From a virus: a DNA stretch of 64,000 nt. The stretch lies in IMG/VR virus record IMGVR_UViG_3300036985_006490, positions 32,001 through 96,000 of that record, one strand, 5' to 3'. Below the pieces are notes generated by a model. It was not told where the DNA came from. It searched no databases and saw only the letters and a list, made by a program, of their open reading frames with translations. Position numbers and translations under genes: made by a program. Below, in pieces: positions 48,164 to 56,544 of this stretch (within the stretch, counting starts at the first letter, position 1; each line of letters opens with the position of its first letter).

Positions 48164-48925
48164 TTATTTGTTCCTTTTATTCTTCATTTGGTATTCATGT
48201 TCCAAAATAGTTATAATAAGAGATTCATCAATATTCAATTTACTTGCGACATTCTTTATTGCTTCTTTAACTGATTCATTTTTACTTAATTTCAAATTTG
48301 TGATATCACCCTGATTACAATATGGGAATGTTGTACATTTCTTCTTAATCTTTACAAATGACCCTCCTTTATATTGTGTTTTTCGACTTGGGCCCCAATC
48401 TTTCTTCTTAGTTGATTTAGCCCACATTGCAGGTGATTCATATCCTCCTGATGAACCTGTTGTTGTTGCCTCTTTTGCTTCAACCTTTTCGACTTCACTC
48501 TCTCCCAATTTTGGTGTCTCACTTCTACTTCTTTTCCAAAAAGCGTCGTCTCCTCCGAATACAGGCCCTGAATAAGCTCCTGAAGAACCTGAACCAGTCG
48601 CCTCTTTGGGCTCTGATTTTTTACTTTGTTTGAAACTACATTTCTTCAAAAAATCTACGTGGTCAAAATCAACTTTTTCCCTCTTCAATTTTTTAACCAT
48701 ATTTTGTGCAACTTCTTTTCTATTAGAAGTATCTTTAATTTGCTTGATAATTTCAATTATTCCATCAACCATTTCTTTATCATCTTGGTTGGAACTATCT
48801 TCAAGTTTTTCTTCTTTGAATCCTTGTTTGTATTTCATATGGTCTCCTAACGTTGATTGGTTTAAGTTTATGTGAGAAAACGCTTTATCTAAATTTTTTT
48901 TAAACAATTCTCCAGAACTTTCCAT
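48164..48925 (-). CDS. hypothetical phage protein with EATxxGSSGxY repeats
   Basis: EATGSGSSGAY and EATTTGSSGGY. Confidence 0.65.
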   Translation of the reverse strand: MESSGELFKKNLDKAFSHINLNQSTLGDHMKYKQGFKEEKLEDSSNQDDKEMVDGIIEIIKQIKDTSNRKEVAQNMVKKLKREKVDFDHVDFLKKCSFKQSKKSEPKEATGSGSSGAYSGPVFGGDDAFWKRSRSETPKLGESEVEKVEAKEATTTGSSGGYESPAMWAKSTKKKDWGPSRKTQYKGGSFVKIKKKCTTFPYCNQGDITNLKLSKNESVKEAIKNVASKLNIDESLIITILEHEYQMKNKRNK

Positions 48926-48927
48926 AA

Positions 48928-49173
48928 TTATGCGTTTTTAAGTCTTGGTTCCCAATAACTTCTATTCACCCACATGAACTGATAGAATTCTCGGAACATT
49001 CTTATTGTAATTTCTTTTACTTCACCTTCGAGTTTACCTCGTTTCATTTCTTTTTGAATCCTGTCCATCAACTGGTCTTCAAATTGTTTGACGGTGTTGT
49101 TATTCATAAAGGATTTTATTTCTTTACGAATCATAACTTCTATTTCTTTTGATTCTGAACTTGTAAGTGCCAT
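48928..49173 (-). CDS. hypothetical protein
   Basis: start moved to MALTSSE. Confidence 0.6.
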   Translation of the reverse strand: MALTSSESKEIEVMIRKEIKSFMNNNTVKQFEDQLMDRIQKEMKRGKLEGEVKEITIRMFREFYQFMWVNRSYWEPRLKNA

Positions 49174-49598
49174 TAGTATATAATTAGTAATGATGTAGTT
49201 AATCCCAATCCTATAAACGCACCGGATCTCCACAAGAAAGTTTTGGTCCGTTGACCTTTTAATTCTTTATGTAAAGCATCAGTTAATTGTTTGGATATTT
49301 GAAGTTGTTCGTCTTTCTTTGATATAATGAATTGATTGTTCTCATCTTTTTTTGTGAGAATTGTAATAATATTGTCTTTCTGAATTTCTCTTTCCTCAAC
49401 TTTTTCAAGTTTGAATTTTATCAAACCTATTTCTTCCTTAAGCCCATCATACTTCAATAAGTCTTGGTAAACTAATCTCGCAGTTTTAACACTTAATACT
49501 ACCTTTGTAGAATCAATTTCTTTAGTTGGGATAACGTTCTGTGAAAATCCTTTCAAGCTCAACATTACCAATAAACCCAACATTAATAACTTTTTCAT
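49173..49598 (-). CDS. secreted coiled-coil protein, spanin-like
   Basis: signal peptide, coiled coil, C-terminal TM; overlaps partner gene near amidase. Confidence 0.45.
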   Translation of the reverse strand: MKKLLMLGLLVMLSLKGFSQNVIPTKEIDSTKVVLSVKTARLVYQDLLKYDGLKEEIGLIKFKLEKVEEREIQKDNIITILTKKDENNQFIISKKDEQLQISKQLTDALHKELKGQRTKTFLWRSGAFIGLGLTTSLLIIY

Positions 49599-49872
49599 TA
49601 GTTTGTTCTTTTACCGTTTCTATATTATTATCGATTTCATAAATCTCTTTGGTAATAGAGTTTACAGACTCTTTTATTACCAAAACTTTTTCATCCATCT
49701 CTTTGTTAATTAATTGTGCAGAATCCACTTCAACTTGAATATTCTCAATTTTTTCTTTATAGGACTTCACATCAGTTTTAATCCCATTTGTATTCAAAAT
49801 ATTCCATAACACTAACACTATTACTATCGCTAATAATATAGTTTGTCTATTATTGATTATTTTTTCTCTCAT
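49522..49872 (-). CDS. membrane-anchored coiled-coil protein, i-spanin-like
   Basis: N-terminal TM plus coiled coil. Confidence 0.45.
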   Translation of the reverse strand: MREKIINNRQTILLAIVIVLVLWNILNTNGIKTDVKSYKEKIENIQVEVDSAQLINKEMDEKVLVIKESVNSITKEIYEIDNNIETVKEQTNEKVINVGFIGNVELERIFTERYPN

Positions 49873-50444
49873 TATACTGGTGACTCCATAGTCTTTTTTC
49901 TACTAGCCAAAACTCTACCCCACTTAGACTTAAATTTTTGGTAAAATTGTTGTAACTTATTTATCAAATCAAGGAATTCACTATCAACCTTAATCATTTC
50001 ACCGTTGATATAAATTCCACTGTCTTCTCCGATAGTAAAAATAAATTCAAGGTCTTGGTCAATAAGTTTTCCAGACCACTCAACACTATTTTTGTATACA
50101 TTGAGGGTTTCGAAGTCAACCAAGTCAGAAACTTCTTCAACGAATTCATCCATGGTTTCTTGGAAAGCAATTTTCTCATCAGTTGTGATGTCCAAATCAC
50201 TTCTATCTTTACCATGAAGTTTCAAGATACCACCTGAAATTCTATATTTTTGGGATTTATCCTTCGGTGTTGGTTCTTCACCACTTTCAACCTCAGTCTC
50301 GGCTGTATCATACTCAGCATCTTGAGCTATTCTACTTTCAAGATCCTTAGCAACATTTATTTGTCCCTCTTGCTCAAAGAGTAATTTGGACTTCTTTAAT
50401 AGAGATTTAATCTCGTCGTACCTTTCGTTATGCAAATTGCTCAT
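49872..50444 (-). CDS. hypothetical protein
   Basis: 190-aa ORF. Confidence 0.65.
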   Translation of the reverse strand: MSNLHNERYDEIKSLLKKSKLLFEQEGQINVAKDLESRIAQDAEYDTAETEVESGEEPTPKDKSQKYRISGGILKLHGKDRSDLDITTDEKIAFQETMDEFVEEVSDLVDFETLNVYKNSVEWSGKLIDQDLEFIFTIGEDSGIYINGEMIKVDSEFLDLINKLQQFYQKFKSKWGRVLASRKKTMESPV

Positions 50445-51033
50445 TTTCTAAAAATTTAATAAAGGTTTCAAAATTGAATGATGGGTTTAGGTCAGTATAA
50501 TTGGAATCGTAATTACTTCTTGAACAAATCCCTTCGAAGTTTTCTATACCATCCACCTTTGTGTTATGACCTACACACGTCTTTTCAATTTGAAGAGTTT
50601 CTGTTAAGTGTTTACACAATTCAGCACTCATTTTGATTTGCTGAGGTGTGTAAGGTTGCCAGAAATAGAAATCTCTCCATTTTTTTTCGTAAACCTGTTC
50701 ATTATAAATACTTCCTTTCCAGTTAATATAATGGTTGGTTAATGGTTTCTTTTCCAACCACCCTAAATTCTCCAACATGACAAATATTGAAAGTTTATTT
50801 GTGATATGGTCATCAAAGAAATTGCCATATCCTTGGTCCGATAACAACTGTAAAACTTTACCCTCTCGGGTCACAACATAGTTAGGTATTTTGTCATACT
50901 TGGAATTATACCTAAATTTAAGGGAAGCCAAGTATTCCTCGACTTCCCTTGAAGTATGACACAAAATTATTTGTGTCTTTTTTTTGTACTTACCTACTGA
51001 TTTGAAATTTCCGTGTTTTTCAAAATTAACCAT
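50428..51033 (-). CDS. N-acetylmuramoyl-L-alanine amidase (Amidase_2), probable endolysin
   Basis: IILCHT, NYVVTREGKV.QL, YTPQQI, VGHN, DLNP. Confidence 0.8.
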   Translation of the reverse strand: MVNFEKHGNFKSVGKYKKKTQIILCHTSREVEEYLASLKFRYNSKYDKIPNYVVTREGKVLQLLSDQGYGNFFDDHITNKLSIFVMLENLGWLEKKPLTNHYINWKGSIYNEQVYEKKWRDFYFWQPYTPQQIKMSAELCKHLTETLQIEKTCVGHNTKVDGIENFEGICSRSNYDSNYTDLNPSFNFETFIKFLENEQFA

Positions 51034-51781
51034 GACTTCTTACGTAACTGAGTCTTTTAATTTCGGAATCATATAACGGTGACTCATCTTCGAAAAATTC
51101 GGATTCATCTTCCATTTGTTCGGTGATTTCTGTACCTTCAAGTTCTAGTGAACCAAATTTTTGTTCGTTCAGTTTTCTTAATTCATCTTCCAACTTTTCC
51201 AATTCTTCTTTAGTTGGTGTATATTTTTCTTGATTAATCTGTGCTTCCATCTTGCCAGCCTGAATACTCAACTGGTCAATATCTATAACCTGAGGTTGTG
51301 GTGTCGGAACTTTTTTCTTCTCCTCTTCTTCAAATTTTACTAACATGTGTAAGAATGAAAGAGAAATTATTGGTAACATTCCACCAGAAAACAAAGATAA
51401 AAATCTCTTATGACCAACATAATCACCTGATTCAACTCCCAAGTATGAAACCAATGGGTCAACTAAATCAACCCAATCCTTAAACGCTGGTGAATTAATA
51501 TCAATGTATTGATAAGCAAAGAAGATATTTCCAATGAATTGTATAAGAGTTACAATACCAAATGGGAAATATACCTTAGAACCCATCTGAGCTGATATTG
51601 CAGCAAGTGCTGACAAAGCAGCAATTTCAATACCAACAGACAAATATATTGACCAACTAACAGGATTTGACAATCCATACCAAGAAGTAACGTGAGATAT
51701 GGAAACAAATGCCACAGTTAAAATTGGAACAAGGAATGAAATATAAATTATTGCTTTGAAATTCCTTTGTATCCAATTCAT
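51026..51781 (-). CDS. multi-TM membrane protein
   Basis: four hydrophobic helices then acidic tail; adjacent to amidase. Confidence 0.7.
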   Translation of the reverse strand: MNWIQRNFKAIIYISFLVPILTVAFVSISHVTSWYGLSNPVSWSIYLSVGIEIAALSALAAISAQMGSKVYFPFGIVTLIQFIGNIFFAYQYIDINSPAFKDWVDLVDPLVSYLGVESGDYVGHKRFLSLFSGGMLPIISLSFLHMLVKFEEEEKKKVPTPQPQVIDIDQLSIQAGKMEAQINQEKYTPTKEELEKLEDELRKLNEQKFGSLELEGTEITEQMEDESEFFEDESPLYDSEIKRLSYVRSHG

Positions 51782-52065
51782 TTCCTCTGTAATTTAAGTT
51801 TTTTTATCTCCTCTTCAATTTCACTTTGTCTTCTAACATCGAATAATTTTCTGTCAGTTGCCTGAATCATTCTTTTCTCGGCTTCTAATCCTGAAATTTG
51901 TAATTCAACATTTAATTCTTGTTTGGTGTATGTCGAGTCTTTGATTGCGGTTACCTCCTGTCTCACTTTGGTTAATTCTCTTGAATCACCGCAGGACTTA
52001 AATAACGTAAGTAATGCAATTACCAAAACGATTATCACGAAGTTGTTTTCTATAAATTTTTTCAT
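51778..52065 (-). CDS. membrane/lipoprotein with coiled coil
   Basis: N-terminal TM ending LFKSC. Confidence 0.6.
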   Translation of the reverse strand: MKKFIENNFVIIVLVIALLTLFKSCGDSRELTKVRQEVTAIKDSTYTKQELNVELQISGLEAEKRMIQATDRKLFDVRRQSEIEEEIKKLKLQRK

Positions 52066-52134
52066 ATAAATTTTATTTTAATTTATCCTTAAAATATAAA
52101 AGGTGTATTAAATAAATACACCCTTTATTACATT

Positions 52135-52932
52135 TTACAAATAATCAAACAAAGAAGCTGTCTCGTTTCTCAATTTTCTCAAGGCTTTTTCTTTGATTTG
52201 TCTTACTCTTTCCTTAGTCAAATCAAAGTCACTACCGATGTCCTCAAGGGTTCTGGTTGAACCAGATAACCCAAAATAATCTTCAATGATAACCTTTTCC
52301 CTCTCATCCAAGACATTCAACATATTCAAAAGTTTTTCTTTCAGGGTGTCTTCTGTAGATAAATTTTTATCCGCAGAATCTGCATTAGGGTTAACCAAAA
52401 TGTCCAACAATGTATCACCTTCTTCATTAAGTGGCTTATCCAAATTAATTGTATAAGGTAAGGTCACCATTTTATCTGGTAATGCAACTCCAGCCCTTTC
52501 AAGTTCCTTCTTAGCCTTATGAAGTTCTTGAACAACGTTTACTGGTAGACGAATGGTACGAGCATTCTCATTTAATGATTGTAAGATAGATTGTCTAACC
52601 CACCAAACCGCATAAGAAATAAATCTTAATCTTTTTGTCCAATCGAAGTTTTCAATCGCTTTCATTAACCCAAGGTTACCTTCAGCAATCAAGTCAGACA
52701 AATCCAAACCTTGATTCTGATATTGTTTGGAAACCGTAATAACGAAACGAAGGTTACCAACAAGCAATTCTTTTTCAATTTCTTTCCGTTCTTCTTCAGT
52801 AAGAACACCTGAAAGCATTCTCTCAGCAAGTTCACGCTCCCTCTCAGGAGTCATGACCTTAATCTTTCGAATGTCTTTCAGATAATGACTAATCTCTTCT
52901 TGATTGATTGGAATTGAGGATTTCTCTTTCAT
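52135..52932 (-). CDS. RNA polymerase sigma-70 factor, RpoD/SigA family lacking region 1.1
   Basis: NLRFVITVSKQY, DLIAEGNLGL, RFISYAVWWVRQ, RTIRLP, LTKERVRQI. Confidence 0.95.
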   Translation of the reverse strand: MKEKSSIPINQEEISHYLKDIRKIKVMTPERERELAERMLSGVLTEEERKEIEKELLVGNLRFVITVSKQYQNQGLDLSDLIAEGNLGLMKAIENFDWTKRLRFISYAVWWVRQSILQSLNENARTIRLPVNVVQELHKAKKELERAGVALPDKMVTLPYTINLDKPLNEEGDTLLDILVNPNADSADKNLSTEDTLKEKLLNMLNVLDEREKVIIEDYFGLSGSTRTLEDIGSDFDLTKERVRQIKEKALRKLRNETASLFDYL

Positions 52933-52933
52933 A

Positions 52934-53506
52934 TTAGTTATTGCTGTAGTTTTGAAGTAGAGTTAATTCGTGTTTGGTAAGGGAGTCCATTCCTAAAACA
53001 TTAATCTTATCCAAGATGGTATCCAAAGTTGTTTTGGTTGCAGGAGTACCCATCCATTGTGAAATCTTAGCCTTAATCTCTGAATGTAATTCGTTTGGAA
53101 GAATTACTTCGTTTGAAAAACTGATGTCAATATCGTCCTCATCATAGTCATCATACAAATCAGTATTCTCAACAACACCTTTCATGTCGATTGAATAGTC
53201 ATTATTTTGACCAGGATTATCCAAATCAAATAAATGACCAGATTTTTCGTAAGGGACGTGAACTGACACTTTGTCAGATACTTCTGTCAAAATTAGTATT
53301 TCACTATCAACATGGATAAGTCCAGTGATATATTCAAAGATTTCGTCTTTGGGAACCTCTGTTGCGAAGTGCATCATTATAATTCCTCCTCCGAATTGAT
53401 ACTTCATGTTTGGTGAATCCACCAATGGTGCGACTTCCATTACTAGTTGATTACAACTTTCGTCTGTAATAAAATTCCCGATGACTGTGGCTAAGTAGTT
53501 TTTCAT
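52934..53506 (-). CDS. hypothetical protein
   Basis: C-terminal LDTILDKI...GMDSLT; TATCTTTG upstream. Confidence 0.65.
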   Translation of the reverse strand: MKNYLATVIGNFITDESCNQLVMEVAPLVDSPNMKYQFGGGIIMMHFATEVPKDEIFEYITGLIHVDSEILILTEVSDKVSVHVPYEKSGHLFDLDNPGQNNDYSIDMKGVVENTDLYDDYDEDDIDISFSNEVILPNELHSEIKAKISQWMGTPATKTTLDTILDKINVLGMDSLTKHELTLLQNYSNN

Positions 53507-53578
53507 ATTTTACGTTTAATTTTTACAAAGATACTGATTTAATATTACTAACAAAATAAACTCTTCCTTTAGTTCCTG

Positions 53579-54052
53579 TCAACTCAACATCAGGTCTGAT
53601 AAACCATCTATCTGAATCTTACATGCCAGATAACTTTCATAATTCAGATATGTTGGATTTTGCTTGGCAATTACCGTCACCTTACTATGCTCACCCTTAG
53701 ATAGTTTGACAGTTGAACAATACTTCTTTAATAGTGAAATGAATTTATCCATAGTCATGTTTTCATCCTTATCCAACTCAGAGAATATAAACCTCATCGC
53801 TTTACTCCTCTGAATGTAGTGGTCGTCCACAAGTTGGGTTAATGGTAAGTCTTTTGCATCCTCAGACATAAGGCCTGTTTTGAAATACTTACAGTTGGTG
53901 ACATCCCAAACTGGATTTCTGTTTCTAACGAAAAACTGTTTGGACTTGGTTTCATCATCCTTGAGACTTCTGTACCTTGGTAACAACGCCTTGAAGTCCT
54001 CCAAGGTTTCCTCGATGTTGGATAATTGATTATGATTTAATTTTCCCTTCAT
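53579..54052 (-). CDS. hypothetical protein, possible degenerate HNH fold
   Basis: DDHY...CSTVKLSKGEH. Confidence 0.5.
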   Translation of the reverse strand: MKGKLNHNQLSNIEETLEDFKALLPRYRSLKDDETKSKQFFVRNRNPVWDVTNCKYFKTGLMSEDAKDLPLTQLVDDHYIQRSKAMRFIFSELDKDENMTMDKFISLLKKYCSTVKLSKGEHSKVTVIAKQNPTYLNYESYLACKIQIDGLSDLMLS

Positions 54053-54120
54053 AGAGACAATGATAATAAAATTTTGTAATACTTCCAAATTAAAACCCCC
54101 ACCGTTGAAGGTGGTATGAT

Positions 54121-54864
54121 TTAACTAATTGTTTCAAGAAAAACTTCCATATTTGGAATATTATTCTTCATTATGTGTCTGTTGAGGATTTTTGCTTTCT
54201 CAGCGTTACTAATTCCTGTCCAAATCTTATATCCATTTACGTCTCGGACACTTGATTCTCTGTATGAATTCGGAAATAACTCTTTGAGAGTTTCGTTATC
54301 TGTTGCAATTATGTCAACATCTTCGTCCAATTTCTCCCAACCAACAACATCCGCAATTTTTGATAACCCTAATGCAAAGGTATCTGATGCAACATCTTGA
54401 GTCAGGTTTTCACCATTTTGTTTCAAAGTCAATTTTGTTTTTGCTCTCTTTAAAGCTTGAACCAATTCTTGTTTTTCATTTACAGAAGTTTCTTTATCTG
54501 AAGAAATTTTACTAATTACATTAATCTCAGTGGTATTCGGAATAAACTTGACTACTTTGTCAATACGAGAATTTAAAATATCAGTGTCATCTACATCAAA
54601 CCACTCTGTGGTAATATTTCTACGATCAACATACTGTTTCTGTATACGATAATCTTCAAAACAAGTATGAAGAATTTGTTCTAACATTGATTGATTTTCG
54701 GTTTCAAATACTCTAACAAAAAGAATATCTACAGGTAAATGAGTAGAATTCAACTGTGTTTCTCTTATCTTGTATTGGATACTTTTTCCAATCTTATGGA
54801 AAGCACCTAAAAAATTTCCACTATAATCAATCAATCGTGCAACGTAAACGAATCCTTTGTCCAT
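54121..54864 (-). CDS. T5orf172 / GIY-YIG superfamily protein
   Basis: GFVYV..HKIGKS..RE.QL..LEQILH..F..EWF. Confidence 0.75.
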   Translation of the reverse strand: MDKGFVYVARLIDYSGNFLGAFHKIGKSIQYKIRETQLNSTHLPVDILFVRVFETENQSMLEQILHTCFEDYRIQKQYVDRRNITTEWFDVDDTDILNSRIDKVVKFIPNTTEINVISKISSDKETSVNEKQELVQALKRAKTKLTLKQNGENLTQDVASDTFALGLSKIADVVGWEKLDEDVDIIATDNETLKELFPNSYRESSVRDVNGYKIWTGISNAEKAKILNRHIMKNNIPNMEVFLETIS

Positions 54865-54962
54865 GGTATTTTTTATTTTTTAAAATTGTGAAGAACAAAG
54901 ATACACATTAATTTAAAAAAAAATAAAAAAATCCCATTTTTTTTTAAGAATGGGATTGGGTA

Positions 54963-55826
54963 TTATACTTTACTTATCCATGAATTGCCTAACTTGACAT
55001 AATCATAGTTTAACTCAAATCCAACAAAATCACACCCTAAAGATTTTGCCACAACTAATTCACTACCCGAACCAGCAAATGGAACTATAACTTTAGGCTT
55101 AGAATCTTTTGGAATTGACGATAAAAATAATTTACGAGTAAGTTCAAATGGTTTTTGTGTTGGATGTTTAAATGTATTGTGGTCTTCATGCCCCCCCTTT
55201 TCTTTTGGATGAAATGCCTCTTCACAATCGTGGCAATAAAACCATCTTTCAACGCTACCAGAACCTCCAGCTAAAGCAGGTACTTTGAAAACGTCTCTCG
55301 GAAGAGCCCCATTCTCATTTGCATTGTATATTGTCTCTTTTTCTCCATCTCCAAATCTTCCTTTGGTTGCTTTGCGAACTTTCCCCGCAGCATTTTTTAA
55401 AAATGAATCAGTGTATTCTTCTCTTACATCATCAAGATTGAAATTTTTCTTATTACCCTTCCAAACATGAATAATTGATTCATGACTTCTCTGCCAGTCT
55501 TTTAGGCTAGGAACTGTTTTATTAGTATAATGCCACACTAACCACTTTTTGTTGTTATGAGGAATTTCAACAAATATATGAGCAAGAATTTCACTGAATC
55601 CGTAAATAAACATTGACCCTCCCTCAGTTAGAGTTCTATAACCTTCACTAATCCACTCTTGAGACCATTTAAAATAATCCCCCATATCTTGTTTATCAGA
55701 GTCATTACCAAAATCCTTACCGATGTTGTATGGAGGGTCTGCAACAATGGTATGAATACTATTATTAGGAATTTTTTTCATCCCCTCAATACAATCAATA
55801 CGTAATATTTTATTTTCCAAGTTCAT
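54963..55826 (-). CDS. DNA methyltransferase, beta class, likely cognate of adjacent REase
   Basis: ADPPYN, HPTQKP, PFAGSGS; start overlaps REase stop. Confidence 0.9.
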   Translation of the reverse strand: MNLENKILRIDCIEGMKKIPNNSIHTIVADPPYNIGKDFGNDSDKQDMGDYFKWSQEWISEGYRTLTEGGSMFIYGFSEILAHIFVEIPHNNKKWLVWHYTNKTVPSLKDWQRSHESIIHVWKGNKKNFNLDDVREEYTDSFLKNAAGKVRKATKGRFGDGEKETIYNANENGALPRDVFKVPALAGGSGSVERWFYCHDCEEAFHPKEKGGHEDHNTFKHPTQKPFELTRKLFLSSIPKDSKPKVIVPFAGSGSELVVAKSLGCDFVGFELNYDYVKLGNSWISKV

Positions 55827-56544
55827 CGAATACTTTTTTATTAAATATAATAAAACCATTGTTAAGAATATCAAGACGTGTGTCATTTCTGAAATCTAAG
55901 TAAGGTTTTCTGTAATCCCCATTTTTCTTTTTTGGATTTTTAATCACACCCTGTGGAGGAACCCAATAAGTAATCGGGACTACACCTACAGATTCCTCTC
56001 GTTTCATTTTAATAATATCTTTTCTGTTCGAGAATTTCTTGACACCATAGTCACAAATATCCATGACTCTAACGTCTACTCCCTGTCTATCAAGTTCGGG
56101 GTTAATGATAATTTTATTATTGGGATAATATTCTTCACAAACAAACCCAAATTGTATCTGAGTCAAAATTGAAGTCCAAGTTCTATATTGTCTTGCAATC
56201 CACCCTTCTTTGAATGCAAGATATGCTGAATCTGCATACTCCGAGAAATTATTTCTTTTATTATTGTAAGCAATCAAATTACTTTCAATTTTGGATATTA
56301 CCCAAAATATGAATTCTTCGAAAGGTAGAAAACTTCTTTCAACCCAATATTTTTCATAAATAAATTCTAAAATTTGAATATTTGGGGGTAAATCTTCCTC
56401 AACAGATTTGTTAGCTGCAAATTTTTTTCTATAATAATCCAAATTTATTGTTTCCAAAAACTGAATAAATTCTGTGATTGATTTTTGTGTCATTGTTTTA
56501 GTTTTTTTATAAGAATCCGCAATTTTTTTTTGTCTATCCATCAT
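55810..56544 (-). CDS. TaqI-family type II restriction endonuclease
   Basis: KSVEEDLP, YEKYW, SFLPFEEF, ARQYRT, PELDRQGVD, LNNGFIIF match R.TaqI blocks as recalled. Confidence 0.75.
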   Translation of the reverse strand: MMDRQKKIADSYKKTKTMTQKSITEFIQFLETINLDYYRKKFAANKSVEEDLPPNIQILEFIYEKYWVERSFLPFEEFIFWVISKIESNLIAYNNKRNNFSEYADSAYLAFKEGWIARQYRTWTSILTQIQFGFVCEEYYPNNKIIINPELDRQGVDVRVMDICDYGVKKFSNRKDIIKMKREESVGVVPITYWVPPQGVIKNPKKKNGDYRKPYLDFRNDTRLDILNNGFIIFNKKVFDELGK

